A DNA stretch of 64,000 bases, from NCBI GenBank assembly GCA_030765185.1, contig JAVCDE010000033.1, forward strand, positions 10,957 to 74,956, written 5' to 3'. Position numbers and translations under genes: made by a program. This stretch comes from Candidatus Aceula meridiana. Lineage in GTDB: Bacteria; Omnitrophota; Gorgyraeia; Zapsychrales; Aceulaceae. Shown here piece after piece: positions 19,087-29,232 of the stretch. Positions within the stretch are counted from its first letter, which is position 1. Each line of letters starts with the position of its first letter. The notes below the pieces were generated by a model. That model was not told where the DNA came from, did not search any database, and saw nothing but the letters and a program-made list of their open reading frames with translations.

Positions 19087-19569
19087 TTATCGCTTGTATC
19101 CAAATTTTCTTAAAAGATCTTTGCGCCAAGCAATGTCTTCTTCTTGCTCGACTCCTGTCGGCTTAAGCCCGTCAATAACTCCTAAAATGCCCCGCCCTGT
19201 TCCGTTGTCAGCAATAATCACTTCTAGAGGGTTTGCCGTTGCTGCAAAAATTGAACAAACCTCCTGAACACCTTTAATCTGATTAAGCACGTTAATCGGA
19301 AAACCTTTAAGCATCGCAATCACAAAAATATGCCCAGCCCCAATCGCTAACGCATTGTCGGTTGCTATTTTCTGAAGCTCTGGGGCATTCCCCTCAACGC
19401 GAACTTTGCACGCACCAGATGCCTCACAAAACGCAATCCCAAATTTCATTTCAGGCACAGCACCCACCATAACCTCGTAAAGGTCTTCAATAGTTTTGAC
19501 AAAATGAGACTGACCAATAATAATATTTACATCGTCAGGTTTCTCAACCTGAACAGATTTAATTTCCAC
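19087..19569 (-). CDS. Adenosine-specific kinase family (COG1839) protein
   Basis: MEIKSVQVEKPDDVNIIIGQSHFVKTIEDL... start and overall 160-aa profile typical of this family. Confidence 0.55.
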   Translation of the reverse strand: MEIKSVQVEKPDDVNIIIGQSHFVKTIEDLYEVMVGAVPEMKFGIAFCEASGACKVRVEGNAPELQKIATDNALAIGAGHIFVIAMLKGFPINVLNQIKGVQEVCSIFAATANPLEVIIADNGTGRGILGVIDGLKPTGVEQEEDIAWRKDLLRKFGYKR

Positions 19570-19589
19570 AACCTTCTCCTTAGGAATAT

Positions 19590-20015
19590 CTATGATAGAC
19601 TGTCTGTGTTTTCTAAAACTTCAACAATCTTCGGAATAAGCAAATTCATATCAACAGGCTTTGTGATATGCGCACTGGCCCCCGCTTCCATTTCAGCCTT
19701 AATATCATCCGGAGAATCTTTGGCTGTTAAAAATACAACCGGAATGCCTTTTGTGCGTTCATTGGCCTTTAATCTGGCACAAGCCTCTCGCCCTTTAATT
19801 CCAGGCAAAATAACATCTAAAAGAATCAAATCCACAGGCTCGGTCTCGGCAATATGCAGGCCTCCTTCAGCAGTATTTGCCGATAAAATATTGTACCCTT
19901 TATTTTCAAGGCCTTTCTCAAGCATGCGAATCAATCCTACGTCATCATCGACAACTAAAATGGTTTTTCCCATAACCTCACCCTCCTTTAAATGAGGACG
20001 TAACTTACCGAGCAC
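19590..20015 (-). CDS. Single-domain response regulator (CheY-like receiver)
   Basis: ILVVDDDVGLIRML...DLILLDVILPG...VVFLTAKDS carries the phospho-acceptor Asp, the T and the K. No output domain, and no histidine kinase is nearby. Confidence 0.8.
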   Translation of the reverse strand: MLGKLRPHLKEGEVMGKTILVVDDDVGLIRMLEKGLENKGYNILSANTAEGGLHIAETEPVDLILLDVILPGIKGREACARLKANERTKGIPVVFLTAKDSPDDIKAEMEAGASAHITKPVDMNLLIPKIVEVLENTDSLS

Positions 20016-20139
20016 CTCGCTCGTAAGTTACATGTCCGAATTTATCCCGTTTTTCGCGAAGCGAAAAATCAGGACTGCCTCGCTCTTGCTCAACTGGTCC
20101 CAGCCTTATCTTTTAAGGGCGCGAGACTTCCTTAGCTCC

Positions 20140-21690
20140 TTACACTTTTTTCTTCTGGAGCTTTCGGTAAAAATAAAAAACTACACTTCCTAGTATACTG
20201 CCAAAGCACAGATAAGTAAAAACATCTCCGAATTTTGTATAAAACGTATTCTGATTCACCAAATAAACCTCTTGAGTTAAAAATCCTTTAATATAAGTAT
20301 TCTTTTTATTCTTATCAGATAAAACAGAAAAGACTCTCCCAGCGCTATCCACAAAAGCGCTTACCCCAGTATTGGCTGAACGAACAAGCGGACGTCTGTT
20401 TTCAACAGCGCGAAAAACCGCTGACTGTAAGTGCAAAAAAGGTGCCTTCGTGTCTTGAAACCAATCGTCATTAGTGATATTAACCAAGAGGTTTGTCCCT
20501 CTTTTAGCAAATTCTCGCGCAACTTCAGGAATCGCATCCTCAAAACAAATGAGTGTTGAAAAAAGAAATTCTTTACCCTGCTTTGTCTTAATCGGAAATA
20601 ACGTATACTTCTCCCCTTTTGTAAAATCATCAATAGGCACAATGTGCGATAAAAAAGGAAAAACATGACGCATAGGAATATATTCACCAAAAGGAACAAG
20701 CGTAATTTTGTCATAACGGTCTTTCACTTCACCACTATCTGAAAACAAAAGCGCTGTATTAAAATATTTACCTTGTTCGTATGTAACCAGCCCCACCAAC
20801 GAAGGAATCTGTAAGCGTTTGATGTCTTCTCGTAATTTTTCGAAAAGCTCAGGTTTTTCCCAATAATATCCAGGATAAGATGATTCCGGCCAAATAATAA
20901 GGTCAGGATTATCCATAGAAGCGCGCGCCGCTAAAAAAAGATGATCTTTTAAAATTAAAGACCACCCAGAGGGATGCCAACGTCGCTCATTCGCAATGTT
21001 TGCCTGAATAACACTAATTCGGACTTTAGAGGCCTGAACGTTATCAACACTCTTAAGACGATAAAATCCATAAATTCCAACGTCAACGATCAGCAAAAAT
21101 ATAATAATTGTCGAGAGTGCCAATTTCTGAAAAGCCGCAGAATCTTTCTTCTGCCAGGCTGATACGATTTCTTTTGCCCAAACATTTACCATCACAACCA
21201 AAAAAGAAATTCCATAAACCCCGACGATATCCGCGACCTGAAGAAACAAAAGATTCTTTTGTTGTGAGTGTCCTAAAAGAACTCCACCGAAACCCGTTAA
21301 AAAATGCGACCGGCAAAACTCTAAAACAACCCATAAAGCAGACAATAAAAATATCCTCTGGGTTGCATTTTTTTTCGAGAACCAAAAATACCCAATTCCG
21401 AAAAAACCAAAGAACAGAGCTAAAAACATGACCATCAGAGTCATGCCAAGACCTGTTACAAAAACAAGCCAATAAAGCATTGTCCCGAAGAAAACCAATC
21501 CTGCTAAATAGCCAAGTCCGAAAGAAGCTTTGAGACTTTTTCCATCTAAAGCCAACATCAAAGGCACTAAAGCAATCCAAGCCAAAAACCAAAAATCAGT
21601 TTTAGGAAAGCTAAGCATCAACAAGAAGCTTGAGAGAAAACACAAAAGGTTTTCTTTTGTCAAAGAGCGTTTTAAGACTTTTCTTAACAT
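20140..21690 (-). CDS. lnt: Apolipoprotein N-acyltransferase
   Basis: 516 aa. N-terminal polytopic region plus a C-terminal nitrilase-like domain (CFEDAIPEVAREFAKRGTNLLVNITNDDWF). Confidence 0.85.
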   Translation of the reverse strand: MLRKVLKRSLTKENLLCFLSSFLLMLSFPKTDFWFLAWIALVPLMLALDGKSLKASFGLGYLAGLVFFGTMLYWLVFVTGLGMTLMVMFLALFFGFFGIGYFWFSKKNATQRIFLLSALWVVLEFCRSHFLTGFGGVLLGHSQQKNLLFLQVADIVGVYGISFLVVMVNVWAKEIVSAWQKKDSAAFQKLALSTIIIFLLIVDVGIYGFYRLKSVDNVQASKVRISVIQANIANERRWHPSGWSLILKDHLFLAARASMDNPDLIIWPESSYPGYYWEKPELFEKLREDIKRLQIPSLVGLVTYEQGKYFNTALLFSDSGEVKDRYDKITLVPFGEYIPMRHVFPFLSHIVPIDDFTKGEKYTLFPIKTKQGKEFLFSTLICFEDAIPEVAREFAKRGTNLLVNITNDDWFQDTKAPFLHLQSAVFRAVENRRPLVRSANTGVSAFVDSAGRVFSVLSDKNKKNTYIKGFLTQEVYLVNQNTFYTKFGDVFTYLCFGSILGSVVFYFYRKLQKKKV

Positions 21691-21709
21691 AAATTTATTT
21701 TTTTACTGT

Positions 21710-24703
21710 TTAGCGGCCACAGCACTTCTTATATTTCTTTCCGCTACCACACGGACAAGGATCATTTCGCCCAACTTTTTTCTCTGTTTTCTGTTGCGGG
21801 CGAGGCGCAGATGGACGCCCGAGCTCTGGAGCAGTCCCTGGTCGTGGCGATTGCGGCCTTTTTCCTTCTGGGCCAAGAGATGAGAATTCATTATGAACAA
21901 ACTGCTGCGGAACCGAACGAAAAACACTGCGCCTCTTATCCTGATCGGTAACAGCCTCAACTCTAAAAACAATTCCCACGGCTTCTTGTAAAATTGAACC
22001 ATACATCATCTCGAACATTTCAAAACCTTCACGTCGATATTCGACAACAGGATCACGCTGACCATATTGTCGCCACCCAATACCATCACGCAACTCATCC
22101 ATGGTTCGTAGGTGATCTTTCCACTTGGAATCAATAGTCTGAAGTAAAACAATACGCTCAAGCTCACGCATCTGCTCTGGGCTTAACGCCTTTTCCTTTT
22201 CTTCGTACAAACCTTTTAATTTCTCAAAAAAAAGATCTTCAATCTCAGGCTGCGATAAATCCTTAAGGCTCTCGTCCTCCGGATTAAGATTTAATCCAAA
22301 ATTTGTCTTTAAAAAAATGACCAGACCTTTAATATCCCATTGTGTCTCACCTTCTGCCGTCTGTGTAAAAAGATATTGCGTAACCAGCGTATTTACAACC
22401 AAATCAATAGCTTCAATAATCCGCTCTTTTGTATTCTCTCCATTTAAAACAGACTGACGCAAGCCATAAATTACTTCACGTTGTTTATTCATAACATCAG
22501 CATAATCTAAAAGATGTTTTCGGATTTCAAAGTTGTGCGTCTCAACGCGTTTTTGCGCAATTTCAATAGCACGGGAAATAATCGGATTTTCAATAACCTG
22601 ACCTTCTTCCATGCCCAAAGAATCCATCATGCTCATAATGCGGTCAGAACCAAATAGACGCATTAAGTCATCTTGAAGTGAAACATAAAAACGTGACGAG
22701 CCCGGATCTCCCTGCCGTCCAGAGCGTCCGCGTAGCTGATTGTCAATACGCCTTGATTCATGGCGTTCGGTACCAAGGACATGCAAGCCCCCCGCCTCAA
22801 TAACTTTTGCATGTTCTTCGGCGGTCTGAGCGCGAAATTGTTGCAAAAACTTTTCATAAAGCTCTGGCTGATCAGTCTGCTCATCAGACGATTGCTCTTT
22901 CTCTTGCGTCTTTTGCGCCAAAAGGCTTTTGGCTAAATACTCGGCATTACCGCCTAAAACAATATCAGTTCCACGACCGGCCATATTTGTTGCGATGGTA
23001 ACAGCTTTATAGCGTCCGGCCTGAGCTACGATGTGGGCTTCAAGGTCATGATATTTAGCATTTAAAACCTGATGCTCAACGCCTCGAACTTTAAGAAGCT
23101 GCGATAAATGCTCTGACCTTTCGATTGAAATTGTTCCAACCAAAACCGGTCGGCCCTGGGAATGGAGCTCGGCAATTTCATCAACTACTGCATTAAATTT
23201 CTCACGTTCTGTTTTATAAATACAATCCGGGTAGTTCCTGCGTTGTAAAACTTTGTTCGTCGGCAAAACGACGCAATCCACATCATAGATTTGTTTAAAC
23301 TCTGTCGCTTCGGTGTTCGCGGTTCCTGTCATGCCGGAAAGCTTGTCGTACATGCGGAAAAAATTCTGAAAAGTAACTGTTGCCAGGGTCTGGTTCTCGC
23401 GTTCAATCTTTATTCCTTCGCGTGCCTCAGCCGCCTGGTGAAGGCCATCGGACCAGCGTCTACCTGGCATCATACGGCCTGTAAATTCATCAACAATAAT
23501 TACTTGTCCGTCTCGCACAACATAATCAACATCACGTTTAAAAAACTCTTTAGCCTTTAATGCTTGCAGTACATGATGGCGATATTCTGCCGTGGCTATG
23601 TCATGAAGATTATCAACACCGAACATCTTAGCAGCTTTTTCTTCACCTTGGTCAGTCAGTGAAATCGAGCGTGCTTTTTCATCAGCAACATAATCAAAGC
23701 CTTCGGAAAGATCTTCACCTTTATATTTCGCATCAATTTCTTCGTTCTCGGTAATGCGGCGGCCTTTCATTTGATTGGAAATCTGATTAGCGGTGTAATA
23801 TTTATCTGTGGATTCCTCGGCTGGGCCGGAGATGATCAAAGGTGTTCGCGCCTCATCAACAAGAATACTATCAACCTCATCAATTACGGCAAAAAAACGT
23901 TCACGCTGTACCATCTCCTCTTTAAAATTCACCATGTTATCACGTAAATAATCAAACCCAAATTCATTGTTTGTCCCATAAGTAATATCACATCCGTAGT
24001 CGCCTTTTCTCTCTTGTGGCCGATTATCATGTTGGATAACGCCGATAGTAAGTCCTAAAAATTTATAAACAGGCCCCATCCATGCACTGTCGCGATTAGC
24101 CAAATAATCATTAACCGTAACAACATGGACGCCTTTACCAATAAGTGCGTTTAGATAAACAGGCAAAGTTGCGACAAGAGTTTTTCCCTCGCCAGTTGCC
24201 ATTTCCGCAATGTTACCTTTATGCAAAATCATTCCACCGACAAGCTGAACATCGAAATGACGCAAACCAATCGTTCGCCGGCTGGCCTCGCGCACAACCG
24301 CAAAGGCTTCAGGCAAAATTAAATCTAAAATAGATTGAGTTTGCTTCTTTAGGGTTTCCCTAGCCTTTTCAAGCTGCAGGAGAGCTTCTTCCCGCGATTC
24401 ATGCTGGATGGCTTCCCTGTGAGTTTTTTCAAGCTGTGCAACTTCTTTTTCGCTTAAAGCAAGGGCCTCTTTAATCCTTTGCTTAAAAATTTCTGTTTTC
24501 GCCCGAAGGTCTTGATCGCTCAATTTCATAATGCCTTCTTCTAAACCATTGATTTGCGAAGCAACGGCTGCCATTTTTTTAATCATTCCGACAGACGGCA
24601 AAGGCAAGTCTAAGGGAAAATGGATGTTGACTTTGGGCTCAAGAGCATCGATAAATTTTTGAGCTCGGCGAATAACTGTTTTTCCAATTAAAAAATCTAG
24701 CAA
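21710..24703 (-). CDS. secA: Preprotein translocase ATPase SecA
   Basis: 997 aa with DEAD-motor motifs and the characteristic C-terminal zinc finger CPCGSGKKYKKCCG. Confidence 0.95.
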   Translation of the reverse strand: MLDFLIGKTVIRRAQKFIDALEPKVNIHFPLDLPLPSVGMIKKMAAVASQINGLEEGIMKLSDQDLRAKTEIFKQRIKEALALSEKEVAQLEKTHREAIQHESREEALLQLEKARETLKKQTQSILDLILPEAFAVVREASRRTIGLRHFDVQLVGGMILHKGNIAEMATGEGKTLVATLPVYLNALIGKGVHVVTVNDYLANRDSAWMGPVYKFLGLTIGVIQHDNRPQERKGDYGCDITYGTNNEFGFDYLRDNMVNFKEEMVQRERFFAVIDEVDSILVDEARTPLIISGPAEESTDKYYTANQISNQMKGRRITENEEIDAKYKGEDLSEGFDYVADEKARSISLTDQGEEKAAKMFGVDNLHDIATAEYRHHVLQALKAKEFFKRDVDYVVRDGQVIIVDEFTGRMMPGRRWSDGLHQAAEAREGIKIERENQTLATVTFQNFFRMYDKLSGMTGTANTEATEFKQIYDVDCVVLPTNKVLQRRNYPDCIYKTEREKFNAVVDEIAELHSQGRPVLVGTISIERSEHLSQLLKVRGVEHQVLNAKYHDLEAHIVAQAGRYKAVTIATNMAGRGTDIVLGGNAEYLAKSLLAQKTQEKEQSSDEQTDQPELYEKFLQQFRAQTAEEHAKVIEAGGLHVLGTERHESRRIDNQLRGRSGRQGDPGSSRFYVSLQDDLMRLFGSDRIMSMMDSLGMEEGQVIENPIISRAIEIAQKRVETHNFEIRKHLLDYADVMNKQREVIYGLRQSVLNGENTKERIIEAIDLVVNTLVTQYLFTQTAEGETQWDIKGLVIFLKTNFGLNLNPEDESLKDLSQPEIEDLFFEKLKGLYEEKEKALSPEQMRELERIVLLQTIDSKWKDHLRTMDELRDGIGWRQYGQRDPVVEYRREGFEMFEMMYGSILQEAVGIVFRVEAVTDQDKRRSVFRSVPQQFVHNEFSSLGPEGKRPQSPRPGTAPELGRPSAPRPQQKTEKKVGRNDPCPCGSGKKYKKCCGR

Positions 24704-24757
24704 TTTATTTCCTCTTTTTCTTTTAAACTGTCATATTACTTTTTTTTAAAATTTCTC

Positions 24758-25201
24758 TTAAAATAAATCTTTTGAATTTACATTATACCCAGCTAGCAGC
24801 CACGAATCATCATTTTGAATCAATATAACCGTATCAACAGATTCAGAATCTTGTCGATATGCTTTATACTGAATAGTCATATAGGTTCCGTCAGGAGCAG
24901 AAGAAAGTCTCCATAGCCCTTTTTCTTTACTTTTTACAGGCCCTAACTTATCTACGGTTCCCTTTAAAAATTCTTCAAAAGCTTGAAATTTTATTGCTTG
25001 TCTTAACTTATCATGCGACAAAGTATTATAAATATATGCGACATTCTTATTGTTGTAATGTTCATAAAAAGTTTCAACAAAATTTTCTGCAGCTGGCATT
25101 GCTTTTTTCGCCTTGAAATATCCAAAACCTCCAATAACAATAAAGACTAAAATAATCAATAAAAATACTACACCAAGTCCTATAAAGAATTTCTTCATCA
25201 T
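24758..25201 (-). CDS. Hypothetical membrane-anchored protein
   Basis: N-terminal TM helix followed by a soluble domain of about 110 aa. No recognisable motifs. Confidence 0.4.
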   Translation of the reverse strand: MMKKFFIGLGVVFLLIILVFIVIGGFGYFKAKKAMPAAENFVETFYEHYNNKNVAYIYNTLSHDKLRQAIKFQAFEEFLKGTVDKLGPVKSKEKGLWRLSSAPDGTYMTIQYKAYRQDSESVDTVILIQNDDSWLLAGYNVNSKDLF

Positions 25202-25214
25202 TTATCCTTGTGTA

Positions 25215-26309
25215 TTATTTTTCAGGCCGCATTTTTAAATAGGCCTCGATAAACGGATCAACATCCCCGTCCATAACTTTTTGAACATTGCCCACCTCAA
25301 AATTTGTGCGGTGGTCTTTAATCATGCAATACGGCTGAAAAACATAGGAACGAATTTGGCTTCCCCATTCAATCTTTTGCTTTTCTCCGTATTCCTTAGA
25401 CATCTTTGCATCTTTTTCTTTACGTTTTTTCTCATGAATCCTGGCGCGCAAAACTCTCATCGCGGCTTCTTTGTTCTGCAATTGTGATCGTTCATTCTGA
25501 CATTGAACAACGATTCCTGTCGGAATATGTGTAATTCGTACCGCTGAATCAGTTGTGTTTACACTCTGGCCGCCGGGGCCTGATGAACGAAAAATATCGA
25601 TGCGAAGCTCGTCGGGGTTGATTTCAATCTGAATATCATCTTCAATTTCCGGAATAACATCAAGAGAAACAAACGATGTATGCCGTCTTTTATTAGAATC
25701 AAACGGCGATATGCGAACCAAGCGGTGAACGCCTTTTTCCGACTTTAGAAATCCATATGCCATTTCCCCTTGAATCCGTAAAGTTGCATTCTTAATTCCG
25801 GCTTCTTCTCCGGGAAGAATGTCTAAGGTTTCAACTTTATATTTTTTACTATCTGCCCAGCGCGTATACATGCGCAAAAGCATGCTTGCCCAGTCGCAAG
25901 ACTCTGTTCCTCCGGCACCGGCATTAATGCTTACAAGCGCATTGCTGTGATCGAATTCTCCACCTAAAATAGTCTGAATTTCAACTTGGTCAATTTGACG
26001 GGATAATTTGTTTAAATCAACACTGATTTGTTTCAAAAAAGACTCGTCGTCATCAGAAATTTCAATGAATTCTTTAAGTTCCTGAATTTTGCCTTGGCTT
26101 TCCTCAAACGGCTCAACCATTACCTTCAAAATCTTTAACTCTCTCATAACCTTGTTAGAGCTTTTACTATCATCCCAAAAATTAGCCTCAGCCATCTTTT
26201 CCTGGATAACCTTAATCTGCTCTTTTTTGGCAACAAGGTCAAGAAACCCCCTTAAGTCATTGAGTTTGACCTCAAGAGATTTAATAATTTTGTAAAGATC
26301 ATCTTTCAT
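25215..26309 (-). CDS. prfB: Peptide chain release factor 2 (encoded without the programmed +1 frameshift)
   Basis: SPF tripeptide (RISPFDS) and the GGQ motif (SGPGGQSVNTTDSAVRITH). A continuous 364-aa ORF runs through LRGFLDLVAKKEQ, where many bacteria have the frameshift site. Confidence 0.85.
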   Translation of the reverse strand: MKDDLYKIIKSLEVKLNDLRGFLDLVAKKEQIKVIQEKMAEANFWDDSKSSNKVMRELKILKVMVEPFEESQGKIQELKEFIEISDDDESFLKQISVDLNKLSRQIDQVEIQTILGGEFDHSNALVSINAGAGGTESCDWASMLLRMYTRWADSKKYKVETLDILPGEEAGIKNATLRIQGEMAYGFLKSEKGVHRLVRISPFDSNKRRHTSFVSLDVIPEIEDDIQIEINPDELRIDIFRSSGPGGQSVNTTDSAVRITHIPTGIVVQCQNERSQLQNKEAAMRVLRARIHEKKRKEKDAKMSKEYGEKQKIEWGSQIRSYVFQPYCMIKDHRTNFEVGNVQKVMDGDVDPFIEAYLKMRPEK

Positions 26310-26523
26310 GATTCCTCGAGCCTATTTGGATTCCCTCTCTCAAAGGGATCAACCCTAAAGCCCAAAGGGCTAAGGATTGTTACCTATATATAATAATATT
26401 AATATACTATCAAAAATTAAAATTTATTATAACATAATGCGGAGGAATTACAATTTTTCTTACAAGGGGGCTTAAGAATTTCTAAAAGAGCCAAAACATG
26501 TTGAAAACGTAAGGCTTACAGGG

Positions 26524-27591
26524 TCACCGCATGCCGCTCAGCTCAATATTGAACTCATCTTTGCTATCTGCAGCTTCGCGGGCAGCATCTTCTTCAACAA
26601 GGTCATCTTTAACAAGCTGCACCAATGTTTGTTTAAAAGACTTCATCCCGAAAAGTTTTCCCTCATTAATAAAAGTCTGAATTTCCCTATTGCTCTGTTC
26701 ACGAATAAGACGCGCGATTGTAGGCGTTACAACCATTGACTCATAAGCCGGAACGCGACCATTGCCGTCTTTGCGAGGCAAAAGCCTCAAGGAAATAACC
26801 CCTTTAAGCAAAAGCGAAAGCTGCAAGCTCATCTCCGAATGCAAATGAGGCGGAAAAAAATTAATAATTCTTTCGATAGTTTGAACAGCATTATTAGTAT
26901 GAAATGTTGAGACAACCAAAACACCAAGTTCGGCCGCAGACAATGCCGCGCGCATGGTTGCTTCATCACGAATAGTCCCAATAAACAAAACATCAGGGCT
27001 TTGTTGCGTCACATGGCGTAAAGCTGTTGGATAAGAATGAAAATCAATTCCCATCTCTCTTTGATTAATAATACTTTGTTTGTCTTTAAATAGGAATTCA
27101 ACCGGATCTTCTAAGGTAACAATATGTTTTTCTTCGTTCTCGTTAATATAGTCAATCATGCTGGCGATAGAGGTTGTTTTTCCGTTACCGGCGGCTCCGC
27201 AAGCTAAGACAAGTCCTCTCTGTTGCTGACAAAGCAACTCGCACAACTCTTGAGGAAGATTCAACTCGTCAAAACTTTTTGTTTGATTCTTAACGTAACG
27301 GGCAACCAAGGTTGGCTGTGTCCTCTGCAAAAAGAGATTAATACGAAAGCGCCCCACCCCTGGATGGATATAAATAAAATCAATATCTAGATTCTTCTCA
27401 AAGAAGTCTCTCTGCGTCTTTTCCGCCAACAAAACACTAACAAGCTCCTTCATCTCAATCTCAGAAATTTGCGCATCGTCTAACCGAAAAATTTTCCCGT
27501 CAATACGGGCTCTTGGAGCGGCGTGCGCCCTTAAAAATAAATCCGAGGCCTCTTTTTCAACCATCATTCTAAAATATTTTTGCAGCTTCAT
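26524..27591 (-). CDS. pilT: PilT-family type IV pilus retraction (twitching) ATPase
   Basis: Walker A GAAGNGKTTS, His box and VVSTFHTNNAVQTIERII. 355 aa. Confidence 0.85.
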   Translation of the reverse strand: MKLQKYFRMMVEKEASDLFLRAHAAPRARIDGKIFRLDDAQISEIEMKELVSVLLAEKTQRDFFEKNLDIDFIYIHPGVGRFRINLFLQRTQPTLVARYVKNQTKSFDELNLPQELCELLCQQQRGLVLACGAAGNGKTTSIASMIDYINENEEKHIVTLEDPVEFLFKDKQSIINQREMGIDFHSYPTALRHVTQQSPDVLFIGTIRDEATMRAALSAAELGVLVVSTFHTNNAVQTIERIINFFPPHLHSEMSLQLSLLLKGVISLRLLPRKDGNGRVPAYESMVVTPTIARLIREQSNREIQTFINEGKLFGMKSFKQTLVQLVKDDLVEEDAAREAADSKDEFNIELSGMR

Positions 27592-27662
27592 ATTTTTACT
27601 CCCGTCTGTATAAGATAAAATGTAACATTTTATTTTACCCTAAAATCAAAGATTCCCAATAA

Positions 27663-28007
27663 CTATTTCTTCAAAAATTTCTGAACCGTCTCTTTTTCTA
27701 ATTCTAAAAGGATACGTTTCCGCCTAAGGCCTAAAGCATATCCGCCCAAAGACCCATCGGATCTGATAACTCGATGGCACGGGATAACAACAGGGTAAGG
27801 ATTCTTTTTAAGAGCCTGGCCGACTGCGCGCACAGCCTTTGGGCTTTTAACTTTTTTAGCCACCCAGGCATAAGAACGCGTCTGCCCTAAAGGAATCTGC
27901 GTTATGGCTTTTAAAACACGCCACTGAAAATCTGTAAGCTTTGGTCCTTGGCACGACGAACTTTGAAAATTTGCAGGCGTTGACATTCTATTTCTTCTCA
28001 AAGACAT
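27663..28007 (-). CDS. ogt: Methylated-DNA--protein-cysteine methyltransferase
   Basis: Active-site PCHRV motif (VIPCHRVIRSDGSLGGY) and winged HTH. 114 aa. Its start lies inside the 3' end of uvrC (about 20 nt overlap). Confidence 0.85.
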   Translation of the reverse strand: MSLRRNRMSTPANFQSSSCQGPKLTDFQWRVLKAITQIPLGQTRSYAWVAKKVKSPKAVRAVGQALKKNPYPVVIPCHRVIRSDGSLGGYALGLRRKRILLELEKETVQKFLKK

Positions 28008-29232
28008 CCTTCCCCCTCAATTTGCGATGATAGCTAACAGCAAAACGATGCGCCTCATCACGAATGCGCTGAACAAGCCTTAAGCCTAATGAATCTTTTT
28101 TTAAACTAATCGAGTTTCGCTTTTGAGGCAAAAAAAGTTCTTCGTTTCTTTTAGCAAGAGAAACAACCGGCACTTGAACCTCGAGTTTATCCAATTCAAA
28201 TTTAGCGCTTGAGAGCTGTCCCTTTCCTCCGTCGATTAAAATCAAATCCGGAAAAAGCGCCTTCTCTTTTTTAAGACGCATATACCGACGTCGAACGACT
28301 TCTGCCATCATGCGAAAATCATCAATTCCTTTGGTCTCTCGAATACGAAAACGACGATAATTCTTTTTATCCGGTTTTCCGTTTAAAAATGAGACCATAG
28401 ACCCGACCGCCTGCTGGCCCATAATATTTGAAATATCAAAAGCTTCAATTCTCTCCGGTCGGCGGGAAAGAGACAGCGCGCGTTGGAGCTGTTCAGCCTC
28501 TTTGAAATAATTAACATCAGCCGAACCCGTATACAAAGCACCAATAGCCTGAATTTGATCGCGCACTTTCGCTGCTTTTTCAAATTCTTTCTTTTGAGAA
28601 AATCCCTCCATCTGTTTTCTTAAACCCCGATAGAGGTCGTCTTTGCGTCCTTCTAAAACAAGACAAACGTTGCGGATAATGCAGCGATACTCTTTTTTGC
28701 TAACGTTATTAATGCACGGGGCATCACACAAACCGATATGAAAATCTAAGCATGCTTTTTTAGGAATGATGCGACAGGCGCGAAAATGAAAAATACGCCG
28801 GATAATAACCAAGGCCTCGCGAATTAGTTTGGCATTCACGTACGGTCCAAAAAACTTCGCAATCTTTTGAATTTTCTTCATTCGCGGTCGTACAACCGAT
28901 ACGCGCGAAAAATCTTCTTTTGTGATTTGAATAAAAGGATAGCTCTTATCGTCTTTAAGGTCGATATTGTATTTCGGACGAAACTTCTGGATAAGGCTCG
29001 CTTCTAAAATCAAGGCCTCTGCTTCACTGGCTGTGACGATATAATTGATATCAAAAATTTCTAAAACTAAGGCATCTGTTTTAGGATCGTTTTTGTGTAC
29101 GCGAAAATAACTCTGGACCCTTTTCCGCAAGGACACTGCCTTGCCAATATACAAGACGCGATCCTTCTTGTCTTTCATGAGATAAACACCGCTTGAAAGA
29201 GGAATAGACTTTATGGTTTTCTTGATATCCAT
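27988..29232 (-). CDS. uvrC: Excinuclease ABC subunit C lacking the C-terminal (HhH)2 domain
   Basis: GIY-YIG module (GVYLMKDKKDRVLYIGKAVSLRKRVQSYF), UvrB-interacting region (EKAAKVRDQIQAI) and the RNase-H-like endonuclease domain (LILIDGGKGQL, RDEAHRFA). About 414 aa against about 600 for a canonical UvrC. The start was placed at MDIKK (29232). Confidence 0.75.
   Translation of the reverse strand: MDIKKTIKSIPLSSGVYLMKDKKDRVLYIGKAVSLRKRVQSYFRVHKNDPKTDALVLEIFDINYIVTASEAEALILEASLIQKFRPKYNIDLKDDKSYPFIQITKEDFSRVSVVRPRMKKIQKIAKFFGPYVNAKLIREALVIIRRIFHFRACRIIPKKACLDFHIGLCDAPCINNVSKKEYRCIIRNVCLVLEGRKDDLYRGLRKQMEGFSQKKEFEKAAKVRDQIQAIGALYTGSADVNYFKEAEQLQRALSLSRRPERIEAFDISNIMGQQAVGSMVSFLNGKPDKKNYRRFRIRETKGIDDFRMMAEVVRRRYMRLKKEKALFPDLILIDGGKGQLSSAKFELDKLEVQVPVVSLAKRNEELFLPQKRNSISLKKDSLGLRLVQRIRDEAHRFAVSYHRKLRGKDVFEKK

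Noticed and set aside
25215-26309. Possible programmed +1 frameshift in prfB
   Set aside because: Looked for the CUU-UGA-C site and a split ORF. The ORF is continuous from MKDDLY with an in-frame LRGFLDLVAKK, so no frameshift is encoded.
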